DNA of 64,000 bases, from NCBI GenBank assembly GCA_011109175.1, contig RDEW01000025.1:527990-591989 (forward strand). Direction: 5' to 3'. Below are positions 11,150-23,837 of this stretch, piece by piece. Under the pieces are notes generated by a model that had not been told where the DNA came from, ran no database searches, and saw only the letters and a program-made list of their open reading frames with translations. The stretch's first letter is position 1; every line of letters starts with the position of its first letter. The translations under genes were made by a program, and so were the position numbers. The stretch is from Dicyema japonicum. Taxonomy: Eukaryota; Animalia; Dicyemida.

Positions 11150-13570
11150 CAATTTTATTTAAATTAAATAAATAAATTTTTGATAACTAAATAGTGGAAA
11201 GGACCGAAGAGCACTGGCGTAGATCAAAAAAACTAGGATCCCTTCTCGGTGACACCGAATTCGCTCAAACAGCCAGCGGCGTTCGCGGAGATCTCCAGTG
11301 CATGAGGTGATCCGGTTTCCAAGACGTCCGAAAAACTCTAGTGTAGAAGGGGAATAGGATCCGGAAGTCTCCATAGCAAGCGGAACAAATTGGACATTAT
11401 CGGGAAGGCCGCCGTATTTTTTCGAGTCTTGACGGATGCAGAGCAGGCCCTTGAAGCGCACTCGTGAAGATTGTTCGGGGCGAACGTTTCTGTACTTGAA
11501 GGGAAATATGGTCATCCCGTCCGGTCGTTTCCCGTCACTTCAGCATAATTCGACCGGTTCAAGAATGGACCAGTATCCAGCAGCATCCATAGCCCGTTTG
11601 ACAATCTTATTCAGAGCCTTGTGCCTTGGAAATCTTCCAGCGCTCCTCTTGCAGGCGAGAGGGTGCAGGCCATAACAGTCTATCAGGATGCCACATCGGC
11701 ACGGGTGAGGTACACATACTTTCAGTCCCAGCCGCAAAGAGATACCACTTCTAACGCATTCACTATCCAGAAAGGTGCCCAGAGCTCTATTTGGGATGAC
11801 GTTTAGCCAAGCTCCGCACTCAGGGGAAGCCCCTGAAAGCAAACAAAAGTGTCGGTGCTGATTGGCTGATTCCAGTAAGAGTCCAAATGATTTACAGCAC
11901 AATAAATTGTCCAGGTTTCGCTGGCAGTCTTGTGAAGGAGGCAGGGGGAAATTGGTGGCACTCCAGGCTTCTCGTGGGTGGGTTATGTCTTGGTAAATTG
12001 AGAATTCGGGTAGGGAGTGTAGAATCCTCTTGACATGGGAGCTACAGCCCACTAGCGATGATAGGTATGAAGTGAGAGAAAAGTCCACAGGGTTCCGAAT
12101 TCCAAGTCCTCCAAGTCTCACTGGCAGCGTGGCTTGCTTCCATGAGTAATCCTTGAACCGGACGTTGAAGATACGTTCCGCTGTCGTACGGAAGATCCGT
12201 TAATCTGTGCGAGTTGGTCATACAGGGTAAATAGGAAGCAGTCCTTAGGACATATGCAAGCCTCTGTACGTTGAGACTGTTTTTCAGGAGGAATAATGCT
12301 TTATGCATATCAAGTAGACACAAGCGGTTCAGAGTCTTCGAGTGACAGTCGTTTTTCACGTATAGCTCTTCCCATTGCATTTATGGTGCTCGGGGATCTG
12401 AGGAATATAAGTTCTTCATCGGTGTGGAAATACTTCCAGACAGTAAATTTCCGAAACATGACAAAGCTTTTGAATACTTCTCTGAAAGTCCGCAATTGTA
12501 GATTTCGCATTTAGTGTAATTTAATTCCAGTCCAGCCTCCAACAAAGCTGGAATTATCACTTCCAAATCCCGGAAAACAGTATCCGGGGGTCCTCCGAGG
12601 ATAGCATCATCCAGATACCATAGGTTGAGGGGCGAGCACGGAAGTTTGGTGATTTTCTCTATTGCAAGACAAAACAATAAGGTCAAGGGGATCTCCCTGT
12701 TGCACTCCAGAATACGAATGGATTAGGTAGTCTCCGAAAAGTAAAGATGAAGATAGACTGTATGACTGATTCATAAAATTGAAAATCTTAGGGCATCTCT
12801 CAACACACGCCTCCAGGATATTGTCCCTCCTTAGACTATTGAAGGCGTTCTTGATGTCCAGTTTGACTAGGACATGTCCCCGGGAATCTTCTATACTGTG
12901 GTTTAAGAATGTCCTCACTGAATGGACAGCGGCTTTGCATCCCAAGTGAATACCTTCGCTACTTGGGGGGTTCAAGAATTTTGTGACGAGTGGAATAGAA
13001 TGTTGGAGGCAATTTTAGCAGCCAGTCTTCTGAAGACAAACCCGAACGCAACTGGTCGTACTCCGTCTTCCTTTGTATCAAAGGCTATCAAATTGGCGGA
13101 AAACAGGACATGGCGGATAACTTCGGGAAAAAATCCAGACATGATCCGATTCATAAGTGAAGTAATTGAATTCGTAAGACGAAGTCCCTGGTCTCCTACG
13201 GACAAAGAGGTCAGATCCTTCAGGTAGCCAGGTCTCATTCCTTCGAGCCCGCCACAGCTACTAGGGGCGAAATTCCGTATTGCGAGGAGAACTTCATCGT
13301 TTGATGTAATCAGGGGACTCACTCCGGATGGGGAAGCGACTTGGCGTAGGTTTTGCATCTTCCTGCATAAACAGTAGTCGGAATTTCCTACGTTACTTCA
13401 AGAACCCGGAAATCTATTTGGGAAAAGGGTTACCCTTACAGCTATAGTAAATATGTGAATAATGAGATGAATTGAACTGAGTTAATTATCATGGTCATTA
13501 TGGGAACCGGATGTTTCAACTGCGAGACAAAACATCCTCGGATAGGACCGCGTATTTTGTTCTTTTTGAT
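11150..13570 (-). mobile_element. near-complete, frameshifted RLE-type non-LTR retrotransposon (CRE-like): RT + CCHC knuckle + PD-(D/E)xK endonuclease
   Basis: LDIKNAFNS, GVQQGDPL, WYLDD, LGGLGI, CRCG..DCYGLHPLAC...RH, (R)PDGMTIFPF and FVPLAMETSG; A/T-rich tail at ~11150-11180. Confidence 0.9.
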
Positions 13571-14559
13571 CTCTCACTCTTTTAAATTATGGAGTATTCA
13601 CTAGTTAACTGTGTTAAGCATATCAAACTTAAAAGGCTACAGGCCACACTAACAAATCTGAAAAACATCGTAATCTCATTGAAGTGTAATAATTTGCTAC
13701 AACGACTATATTACGCTAACGTTCCACAACGTAAAATATAAGTCTTCTCGGAGCTGTCTGAATTGCCGATGGTTAAGAGCACTGCCTATAACGTTTACTT
13801 TTTCTGTGATCACATTAAGTGCGTGATTCAATTTTAAGTGAAAAAGTGCAAATTATGAGAGTTCCCAATTTTTGTTTGCAACTTGGCAGCAACACCAATG
13901 TGTCTGCAACCATATTCGCAGAAAAATCAGTAGATAAACATGCAAGTTTACTCAAATCAAAATCATACTCATGTTCGACTTTTCAAAAATGTCTTAGTTA
14001 GTTGAAGTGTCATGCATTGGAATCAGTTCCAATCAGTTCTTTATAAATATTAAATTCACGGTCGCAGATTTTGATAAAACTGCAAGCTTTGCTATTTCAG
14101 TGATTTCAATGGTCTTGTATGAACGTCTTTTGAACACCTAAAACGCTCATAACCGCGGCTTGTCAATTTGACGCAATTGGCAGATATCCACTGCTTTTCT
14201 CTAGTGGTTTCATTTTAATGACAAGGTCCCCTTAATGTCATCGCCTTTATAACAAATCCTTTCTCTGGGCCTCACGCCTGTATGCAAAAGCCACGTGCTT
14301 GACAGGTCTGTTTTATGTTGTAGGGTTTCCCGACCATTAACTTCACTTTCTAATCGTTAACATTGGGATAAGGCAAATATATTTTTGGATAAAAGAACAT
14401 ATTAGAACTCCTAATGAGGTCAGATTTTAGATATTTTAAAAACCAAGACATGGAAGAGTTGATTCAGGATCTTCTGTCTACATTCCTGTAAAGGCCATTA
14501 AAACCAGGATTTGCATCAATGACTAATTTTTCTGGAATCATTAAAAAATCTTTATTAAG

Positions 14560-14705
14560 AAGAGGGAATTGAAGACCTGATCTTTATTTTTGATAATCCC
14601 CGTATTCATCATTATACGGAGATTGAATGAAATAGAAAACCTCTATGTTCCATTTTTACCCCGTTACTCAGCATTTCTCAATCAAATTGAGAATTTATTC
14701 CAGCA
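14560..14705 (+). mobile_element. IS630/Tc1 (DDE_3) transposase fragment
   Basis: DNPRIHH followed by FLPRYSAFLNQIENLF (cf. LPPYSPxLNPIE). Confidence 0.65.
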
Positions 14706-14719
14706 TCACGTCCCTTCAA

Positions 14720-15480
14720 AGTATCCGCCATTATGGAACTCCCAATACTGAAGAGGAGAAGAAATGATTTTTTGGATGCCGGTCAGGTATTGGGCTACTC
14801 CTGGCTCAGTGGATCCAATGACACTTCTAGGAATTGAATAGGTCAAAAACAGAAATAAAACACTTCGATCAAGTAGGAATTTACAGCTAAATGCGAGAGA
14901 CATTATTAACCACTGGACAAATACGCTACTTAACGCTACGTGGTCTGAAACAAATATCATCAGCCAAATCTTGAATTCTTCGAGATATCGTATAATTCGA
15001 GAGGAATCTCCTTTTATTTTTTTTGGAGATAGAATTGCGTATACGTTTCCACGTAATACGGCAACCTCCTTTGATTTAAATACAGAATCAACCCCAGGAA
15101 GAATTTCTGCCATGGAGACAACAGAAGGTTAGAAGTTCATCATATCTTTGAACCTCAGAATAGCGCATTGCCACCTATGTCGCCATACTACATCAGCTGT
15201 TGATTTTCCAGTCCTGAGGTCACTTTGGCCTGCTCCCCCTTCCATGCGGTACAATGAAACGTTCTTATCCATTTTGTATCCCTACTTTAACATTCCAATA
15301 GCCCGCAATAAAGAGGAACGAGGAAGACTTGAGGCGAGATACGATCTTGGAAAGTTCCACTTAGAAAGCGGCCGACTCCTCAAAATCTTTGGAAACACGT
15401 ACACGTTAACGGAGAAGTTAGCTCTCCCAATCGTTAATTGAATGAAACTAATTGATTTTCCAAAAGCAATATAATGTGGA
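14720..15480 (-). mobile_element. decayed APE endonuclease of a LINE
   Basis: FIAGYWNVKVG (cf. GDFNAKVG) and the terminal SDHVAL motif, in correct order. Confidence 0.55.
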
Positions 15481-15677
15481 AAGTAAATCTTTGTGCACAG
15501 TAAACCCTGTCCATAGTCCGATGAGTAGAATTAATCTGCAGTTTCCAAAGAGTTCGTCAAGCCATTCACTGACCTTAGTCTCTTGAGATGGCAGACAGAA
15601 CGGCGATACTTCTCAAGGTCCAGCCATAGTTGGTACCAGGAGTTTAAGGTAAGGGAACAATTTTATTGAGTTTGAGA

Positions 15678-15897
15678 TTTAACCCACATGCGGGAACTTT
15701 TTACAATCTCATCAGACAAATGCCTCAATAGAATCACTCATTCATAGGATAAATTTCATCATTTGAGATAGTAAAAAACTAAATAAGAAATAACATACAA
15801 TTGCGACTACATGTCACACAAGACAACACAAGGTAGAATCGTGCAATTCATGTGTACTATCAATATTTAAAAATATATTATTTATCTAATAATAAAA
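15678..15897. repeat. ~220-bp direct repeat, copy 1
   Basis: TTTAACCCAC...TTTTACAATCTCATCAGACAAATGCCTCAATAGAATCAC...AATTTCATCATTTGAGA shared with 17646-17866. Confidence 0.9.
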
Positions 15898-15933
15898 TTC
15901 TAAATTGTGATATTTAAGTAGCTTAATTGTAGT

Positions 15934-16790
15934 TTGATAGAATTAAGAAATATTAAATATTTCGATACAGGCAAAAATTGGAGTTGCACAAAGATCCAAA
16001 GGTTAAGAGTGATGACGACCATTCTTGGGATCGGCATGTCAAAGGCTTTCGACTCGGTAATTGGGCGGAAATTGAACAAGTCCTTGAAGGCTTCCTTGAT
16101 AGTTCATGTCAGGATAATTATCACGCGCCTAATGAAACCTGAATGTGAGGATCAGATGAATATGCTCAAGATGATTCGAGACAACAGTAGGCACCCCAAG
16201 GAGATCCACTATTCCTTATTTTGTTTGTTATCTATATTGAGGCAGCCTTTCGGGACGTGAGCCGCTCCTTGGAGGGGAGACGAGCACAATAGCATACCCA
16301 GATGACGTGGAATTCATTTCAAACGACAAAGAAGCACTCACTGTTTTGTTGAAGGAAATACCGGGTACGTTGTCCGAATAATTCTTAACTGTAACCCAGG
16401 CAATAAAGTCGCGGAATTATGAAAAGAGAAAGCGAGGACGAGGAGTACTGGCGTAAACTAAAAAGCTTGGCTCCCTCCTTGGTGACAACGAAGACATAAC
16501 AAGAAGGAAAACTTTAGCAAATGCCGCACTTTACAAGATCAAGAAAACCTGGTTTTCCAATAAAGGGCACTATATGGATACAAGAATCCGCCTGTACAAA
16601 GCACTTGTGAAACTAATACTCTTGTATAGCGCGGGTACTTGGGCCTGCTTCATTCGGAACCGCCAGTTTGTTGAAGTAAACCATTTCCCCGGAGTTGAGC
16701 AGGGCCAATACTTTTCACTTTGAGCTACTGATAGTGTGGTGAACAGCATAAACTGCGAATTCAACATGTGGTACTTGGTCGGTGCTACTA
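15934..16790 (+). mobile_element. RTE-like LINE RT fragment (decayed)
   Basis: GMSKAFDSV, AYPDDVEF and RIRLYKALVKLILLYSAGTW. Confidence 0.7.
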
Positions 16791-16799
16791 TAGCTAGCC

Positions 16800-17570
16800 T
16801 ATGGAAGAATGTACGGTTATTTTTGTTTCTTCGGCTATTCTAGCCCTATGGGAATTAGGCCTGAGTGTCAACACTGAAAAGTCGGAACTGATCAGCATCT
16901 CTTGTTCGGCGTCATATTTTTCAGTTGCGAGCAAATTCGAAGCCTTACTACCAGGGATCACTATCACTTCTTTGGACAGATAATACTTTCTTGGATTTCC
17001 ACTGAAAGATGCAGAGTTGGAAAACCAATTCTGTGGGGGTATTGCGATAAGATCCCCCATATAAGTTGCCCCACCTGCTTACCTCTCATCGCTTGCAAAC
17101 AGTAGTTTCTTGGTCTAAGGAATCCTACGTAACACAACTGGGCTAACTTTTAGCCCAGAGTTCGACAGAGTTGTAAGAGGAAATGGGCTTATAATACCAC
17201 TAGAAATTCCTAAACAGGGATGATGGGACTCTATTATAAGTTCAAGGACGCGGAAAGAAGAGCTAATCAACACCAGTTTGCATGTATCATGTAGGTCGTA
17301 CAACGTAGAAATGAGGCATGGCCTTAAGTCCTTTTTTTCCTCTCTCGTTACACTCCTTGAAGAGAATTGCCTGAGGATCGAGTGGTACTGACACTCGGAT
17401 TGGATATCCGTCAGCAACACAGCTGCAGATATAGAGGGAACGTCGACACCAAGGGCCTACATGATCTTCTTTCTAAAAAAGCCGCGACGTGCCACGCAGC
17501 TCTCAATGGCGTTGCTCTACGGACCTTTCAGAATCGCGGGGTTTGCGGCTCAATTGGTGCCTCTTGACTA
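16800..17570 (+). mobile_element. CRE-like element fragments
   Basis: GLSVNTEKSEL..FLGFP and CHAALNGVALR parallel the segments of the 11-13 kb element. Confidence 0.55.
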
Positions 17571-17645
17571 GTCATTAAAGTACCAGGCGTTGAAGGTAAG
17601 GTGTTACTAACTCAACCAAATACTATAATTTTATAGAATTTTAAA

Positions 17646-17866
17646 TTTAACCCACGTTCGAACACTTTTTACAATCTCATCAGACAAATGCCTCAATAGA
17701 ATCACTTGTTCATAATATGAATTTCATCATTTGAGACAGTAAAAAAACTAAATAACAGAAAATTTCGCCTACATAAATGACACGAGACAAACACAAGACA
17801 AAAACGTGAATACATAAATGTATTATCAATATTAAAAAAATATATTATTAATCTCATAATAAAAAT
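17646..17866. repeat. ~220-bp direct repeat, copy 2
   Basis: Same orientation as 15678-15897, 1968 bp downstream. Confidence 0.9.
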
Positions 17867-17890
17867 AATAAAATAATAAAATTGTAGTTT

Positions 17891-18160
17891 CAGGTGATCC
17901 CGGTGTCCCTCAGCAGTCTTCGCATGCTCGGACTTGAAGGAAGTGCCTTCCAGGAGGAACTCCTCTGGATGGTTGTTACTAACTGTCCTTTTTGAATATA
18001 ATTTGGGATTACATCTGGCGCCACTAGAGATGGTGAACCACATGACGCACGCTAACAATTCAAGCTCCCTGGAGCCAAAGGAAAAGGAGGAACAGAAGAA
18101 ACAAACAAATAATCTTCAATTCAAATAACCACATAGCACCACACTAACGTTGGCACCACG
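17891..18160 (-). mobile_element. short internally deleted family-A element (head with pseudoknot + GGGATCACC tail motif)
   Basis: GTGGTGC leader, pyrimidine tract, pseudoknot core at 17984-18049, ~90 bp spacer, then CCGGGATCACCTG. Confidence 0.7.
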
Positions 18161-18289
18161 TGGTACAGGTTTCTGCTGAGGAAGGCTGGGATCACCTTAA
18201 TTTTAAAGGGGGTCGTATGTGATCCACAGTATTTTGATAGTGTTAGTGGAGGGGATTGACATTCCATTAAGGGTAAAGAAAGGTACTTA

Positions 18290-19470
18290 GCTAATCAGTC
18301 TTCTATTGGAAGTCAAAATCATTGTGCTAGACTATTCAGTTCTTGTATGTAATAGGTTCCTCGTAAGCCAACAACTCAGGTTGTCCAGTAAATCTTGTAA
18401 GCGGGTGCCAGCTGTGTGAATACACTGGCCTCTTGTTGCCAGGATTATGTCGTCAGCATAAGCGAGGATCAGATTATTGTTCTGCTATGAAAAGGCATGT
18501 CACTCATAAAGAGGTTGAAAAGAATGGGTGACAGTTCGGCAAAAATTTAGTAACAGAAAATGTGGAATGTGAAATTACTCTTCGTCATGAGGAAGTTTGC
18601 TAGCCAAATTTTCAAATTCTTTGGAATGTTTGAGCTATGAATCTTCCTAGTGAGTAATTTTCTCGGTCAAAAGCCTTTTGTATGTCAATGGAAGACATAA
18701 GTTTCTTTTGATATCGAGATTTGCATTGTAGGCTTTCCTTGATGAATTTCGTCAAGCATGTAAGATGAGTAGTGAGCCATCTTAAAACCATGTTGGAAGG
18801 TAACGTCCGGGAGATGTGGTTTAATCTGATCGAAAATGAGTTTTTCCAAAATTTTTGAAGAGGCACAGATATATGTCTGTAAGAGGCCGGTGAGTCCTTC
18901 GGCCGTCTTGGTTTTAAAATTGGTCGGATAATTTCCACAGGGATGGAGTTCTTGCTGATGAAGAGGTTGAAAATTCGGGTAAGGGCCATGATAGGATAAG
19001 GGCCTATCTTCTCCGATACCATTGTAGAGATACCATCTAGACCGCCTGAGTAGGACGATTTTTGGTTTGAATCGCCTTTCGCACGTCATCAATAGAAAGT
19101 GGTTGCGTCGCGTTTAGGTTTGGTGGAAGAAATGGAAGGACCCTCAATTTTCTGGTGAGGGATAAAACTCACAGGAGAGTAAACCTTCATGATCTTGTTT
19201 AAAAAGTACTTGTTCTCCAGGTCTTCGCAGGGAGACGTCTTCACAAAGTTGGTGAAGCCCCGAAGAGTATTCCGCCTCGTGAGGAAGGACTGTTTGCTTA
19301 GGGTGGACATGAGGTTATTCCAGACCCTCTCCTGTTTCATCTTGGCCTTGTTTCTGATCTGTCCCAGAGCTCGAATCCCTACCCTGGTTTCTTTAGATTG
19401 AATCTGTAGTTTTTTAAACAAATTCTTCTTTCTTAAATGAATCACTACACTATTGAAGTAGTGCAATGCG
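18290..19470 (-). mobile_element. LINE RT domain fragment (frameshifted)
   Basis: RPILKPRRPKDSPASYRHIS, KILEKLI, QHGFK, IDIQKAFD and YADDIIL. Confidence 0.85.
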
Positions 19471-19740
19471 CTATCGAGGGAGTTGAAGTCGTTAGAGTCA
19501 AAACCATACCTGAGCTCAAGGACTTTCCCTCTTATTCCGTTTATATTTAGTTGTAAAAAACAGGGGATTTTGACGGCCTGGGGTTTGGATTTATATCTCC
19601 AAAGAGCATCAGCCGAACTTCGACCAAGTTAGATGAGGCAGATCAGAAAGGACAGTCTTCTTGGATTGGAAGGAATAAGGGGTCCTTTTTATTTGAGAAG
19701 TAGATTCCAAAACTTGCGCCACCAGGCTCGTGCGTTGTGT

Positions 19741-20215
19741 TATTACCCCCAGGATCACTGGGTTGATGAGCCATGTTATTATCTAACCATAAAAAAGAAA
19801 CACCAAGAAAGAATTGTTAAACCAACTAATTAAGTGATCCCGGTAGAACTCGATAGGATTGATAACTTTTTTCTGTGTTCCTCCATAGTACCCACAACTT
19901 TTCTAAATCCACGATGATCTTTTTTCATGAGAATTTAGAGAGTAGGGCTTTTTCCCAATTTACGTGTACAGGTGGTTTCTATTGCTGGTTGGTAGAAGCA
20001 ATCGGACTCCGAGCCGCAGAGAGTGATGAAGCCGGAACCATTATTCCAGATTGCCGCGTTGTCGAATAATGGGAGGAATAATTGAGCAAAGGAATTCGTT
20101 ATGCCGATAATTTTTGTTCTTAGGGAATTAGTCTTATAGAAGTTTGAGATTGAAATTCCGTAAGCCCAGGAGGCACAGGCATACTCTACCGTCGGATTCA
20201 AGAACTGGTAGTATA
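19741..20215 (-). mobile_element. family-A LINE 3' fragment with complete tail
   Basis: PTVEYACASW RT C-terminal motif; tail CCGGGATCACTTAATTAG...CCAGTGATCCTGGGGGTAATA. Confidence 0.8.
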
Positions 20216-20381
20216 AGGTGAGCCATAAAGTGAAAATTAGTAAATAAAATGTACATTATTAAAAATTATAATGATTAATTCAAAATATAAATAAATTTTG
20301 GCCCCCAGAAATTCTTAGTTTTGTGAGGAATTGCTGTCATTTAGTATATTTTTTTAATTTAAGGCAAAACAAGTAGTTAAA

Positions 20382-21348
20382 ATGTCCACAAACAATTACG
20401 CCGATTTGTGCTCAATTTTTGCTAATGTTACTTCCACTGACTCTGCCATGGCTATGTTTTTTCTACAGGATGTCGACTGGAATATCGAAGTTATCTTGAT
20501 GTCATATATTTCAGCAAGCTTTGGACAATTACTATAACTCTACCAACTGTGAAGAGCCACAGAGGGCAGAATTACGACTTCTGTCTTGGAATATTCAAGG
20601 CCTCGATTCCAGAAGCTTGGAAATAAGAACTCGGTACATTTGCGAGAAAATTAAAAAGTTATTTTTCAACCAAAACCTCATAGGGGTTCATTCGACATTG
20701 TGATGCTGCAAATAGTGGTCCCAGCAACTTTACATATACTCAAGGAATCTTTGGAGTCAGACTTTTTATTTTTCTCTCAACCTCTTGCACAATATTTTGT
20801 TTCGACTTTGATAAGGAAAAAAAAATTTAATGTTGAGTACTTTGAAGTCGAGGATTTCAAAGGAAGCCAAATGGGACGGGGACTCGTTAAGACTCTGGTC
20901 AAATTCGACGGGAAACGACTTATGATAATTAATACTCACTTGGAAAGTTGCCTTCAGTTCTCTAATGAACGAAGGGCTCAGGTAGGGAGATCATTCGACC
21001 TCCTGAGGGATTGGGATTCTATTATTCTTGGGGGAGACGTGAATTTGAACGCTAAAGAAGTTTTATGTTTTTTTATTGAAGCTTGCCGATGTTGGAGGAA
21101 TACCTTCGGGAGCTGTAGATGTCTGGGAGGCTATGGGATCACGAAAAGAGGTCGAGTACACGTGGGATACCAAAAGAAACCATAATCTCGGATGCAGTTA
21201 TGTTTCTAGGAAGAGAATGGATCGAATTTACCTGAAGAGTAATTTTCTCATGCCCACTTACTTTGGTTTGACTGGATTGGAGATCGTTCCGGCCACGCAA
21301 CTGTTTCCAAGCGATCATTGGGGAGTTGTCACTTTTTTTTCTTACTGA
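20382..21348 (+). CDS. TDP2: 5'-tyrosyl-DNA phosphodiesterase 2 (UBA-like + EEP domain); introns 20490-20514, 20658-20683, 21060-21081
   Basis: N-terminal FANVTSTDSAMAMFFLQDVDWNIEQALDNYY, then SWNIQGLD, MGRGL, THLES, GGDVN, YTWDT..N, RMDRIY and FPSDHWG; open after splicing. Confidence 0.92.
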
Positions 21349-21419
21349 TTCTCCTTTGCTTTATAATTTTTGCTTTCTGAGATTTGCTTAATTTTTGTTT
21401 GCTGTTATGTCTATGCTCC

Positions 21420-21660
21420 ATTGAAGATTTGCTAAGAGCCCTTAGAGGCGCACTTTGCCTCCTTTCTTATCCACAGCCAACAGGTTGGTTAAGAACAGGA
21501 CGGACCTCTTCGGAAAGTCCACAGACAACTGTTAATAAGATATTTGAATTTGTAAGGCCAAGTCCTGGATCTGTAATGGACAGAGAATCAGGTCTCTCAG
21601 ACGACAGTCTCAATCCGTCAAGAACATCATGGGGCAAAATTCTATTTTAAAAGAAGTATC
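21420..21660 (-). mobile_element. CRE-like element fragment
   Basis: DGLRL...SLSITDPGLGLTNS and NLLAVDKKGGKVR align with 13000-13250 of the large CRE-like copy. Confidence 0.6.
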
Positions 21661-21868
21661 TCGTCACTTTATGGGTCAGTGAACTCACTTTGAAAGGGAA
21701 AGTGACGCTAATAGTCGGGAAGCCCTATATTTCCATTATTGTCGGGAAGCGTAGGAAGAACTTACAGTTTATTCAAGATGAACAGTCATGCCTGTTAATC
21801 CAAGACATTGAAAATGTTCTTGACTTGTCGTTCTTTCCTTTTTGCTTTTGTGTGAGCCTCAGAAGATA

Positions 21869-21928
21869 ATCCGGTTCCGCAGTGATGAATCACTGATGAC
21901 GGCGTCACTTGTCAACCCAGAAGCATAC
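21869..21928 (+). repeat. repeat family B core
   Basis: ATCCGGTTCCGCAGTGATGAATCACTGATGACGGCGTCACTTGTCAACCCAGAAGCATAC is a close match to the reverse complement of ~2520-2580. Confidence 0.8.
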
Positions 21929-22557
21929 AATTATTTGACTAAAATTTTTTAAAAACTCACCATGATGATTTAAATCCAATTTTTTTAAACTTTTTGCTTT
22001 AAATTCAACCGTCCTTGCTTTAAACTCAGTCAGAAATAATAGAGTTAGTTACAAGTAACAGAGAAAACAGGGAAATTAATAGTGCACCATTCTGAAGTCG
22101 TAGAGGGGTGGGAATTGTGGAACAGTTCTTTTCCATGCAAAACTTTCCACCACAACAGGTGAACCGTATGACATCACACTAAGAATTGTAATGGTTTTAG
22201 CTGGGACGTTGGAAGACTACGCAAGGAGGATCCGGGAAATAGTGGAAAGTGGGATCACTTAATTAGTTAGACCGGACAAGTAGCTTTTATGCTTGAAACC
22301 ATTAACGGAACGACGAGAAATTGGTTTTTTAATTTATCTGAAGAGTTATGACACATAAGAAATTGATATTTTGTCATTCTGTTGAATAAATTTTACACTT
22401 TTAATTTTTCCGAATTTTTCAATCTCATAAAACTTCGCTTCATCACAAACACTTAGGAACTAACTTAAACACGTTTAATAAACATTCAAAATAAAAAATT
22501 TTCAGAAAATGTGACGGATTTGGCTGAGGAGAAATAGGCGACAAATTAAAAAGCCAC

Positions 22558-23010
22558 GTGGTGCTATGAGAGTAATTGGTTAAAAATTTATCTACCTTCC
22601 CTCTGATGGAGTCATTGGATCCACCTTACTTAGAAGACGCCGAATGCCTGGCTGGCATCCAAAAGGATCTAATTATTCATTCCACCGGGAGACAATTTCG
22701 TTTCCTGGCAACGAGTTCTCTAATTGACCTCAGCTTCCCGGACAAGTCTTCTGAATCACTGTTCTTGGGTGGAGGTTCTTCTAGAATGCGTCAGGATCAA
22801 GGAATTATTGTTTGCCTTTATCCCTGGTCTATGGAACAATTTTACTTATTTAATGTCGTCCGAATGTACGGTAATCTCGCTCCACCAAAATTACAGGTAG
22901 AGTTCCCTGATGTCATCCATAGTCATCAAAATGTATATTTAAAATCGTTTAATCATCAAGGAGGGGTAGGAGATCTTCATCATGATAAGGGGAACTTTGG
23001 AAATTGAAAT
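22558..23010 (+). mobile_element. family-A LINE 5' head (leader, pseudoknot core 22608-22670, 5' region to a degenerate 2A-position motif)
   Basis: Aligns with 25421-25660 and with the reverse complement of 51915-52364. Confidence 0.7.
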
Positions 23011-23837
23011 CATTTTGGGAAGAATGAGATTTTTTGGGCATAAAAAGTCCATCATGGCTGACAAGAAATGTCAATTTCCAAAGTGACCGTAGATTGTCAG
23101 GAAATGACTCTTGGAGTCGTCAGGGCAAGCAGAGAGAAATGTCCACTATATAGCAGTTCTTTGGACCCTTTAAGGAGTGATCTAGTGGGAGGGGAAGGTC
23201 AAATGACAACAGTTTTGTCTATGAGGGTTGGTGTGATGGCGTAATGCCAAGATTATCGGCCTAATAATGTTCTACATTTATCGAGGAAATGTGAAGTGAC
23301 TCCTGATTTGGAGAATCTGACTTCCAATACAGGTGAGACGGAGGAGTGTATAAGTTTACTAGAGCAAACAGGACTTCATGATGTTGACTTTTGGACCTTG
23401 AGCAGCTACAATTGATACTCCAGTTATTTCAGTGACTTCAGCATGCAAAAGTTTCTTTACATGTTGAGAAATATCCACATATTTGACTACATCCCGCACC
23501 AGATTAAGAAAACCGGCACCTTGTCTCTTTGCTGGGTCAGCATTGAGTTATAGCCGGGAAATCATGGAGCATAATTAAAACAGAGCAACGCCGATCTTGT
23601 ATTTTCCTGAATGGTCCTCACTTCAAAATCTCCCCTTTAAACCGCTTACTCTTCTTTTGTCGACTGGTGTGCTATGCACGGAGTTAACAAGACCTGAAAA
23701 AACACGGCGATTTTCAAGAGAGCCATAATACACATAACTCCGCATAGGGAAAACCTGAGTTTACTATAAAAATTAACAAAATTCATTATAAATTTATTTA
23801 AACAAATTAATTTAGATTATAAAAATTTTCAATAAAG

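Noticed and set aside
22576-23007. 143-aa ORF as a host gene
   Set aside because: Lies wholly within a family-A LINE head; the frame is not kept in homologous copies.
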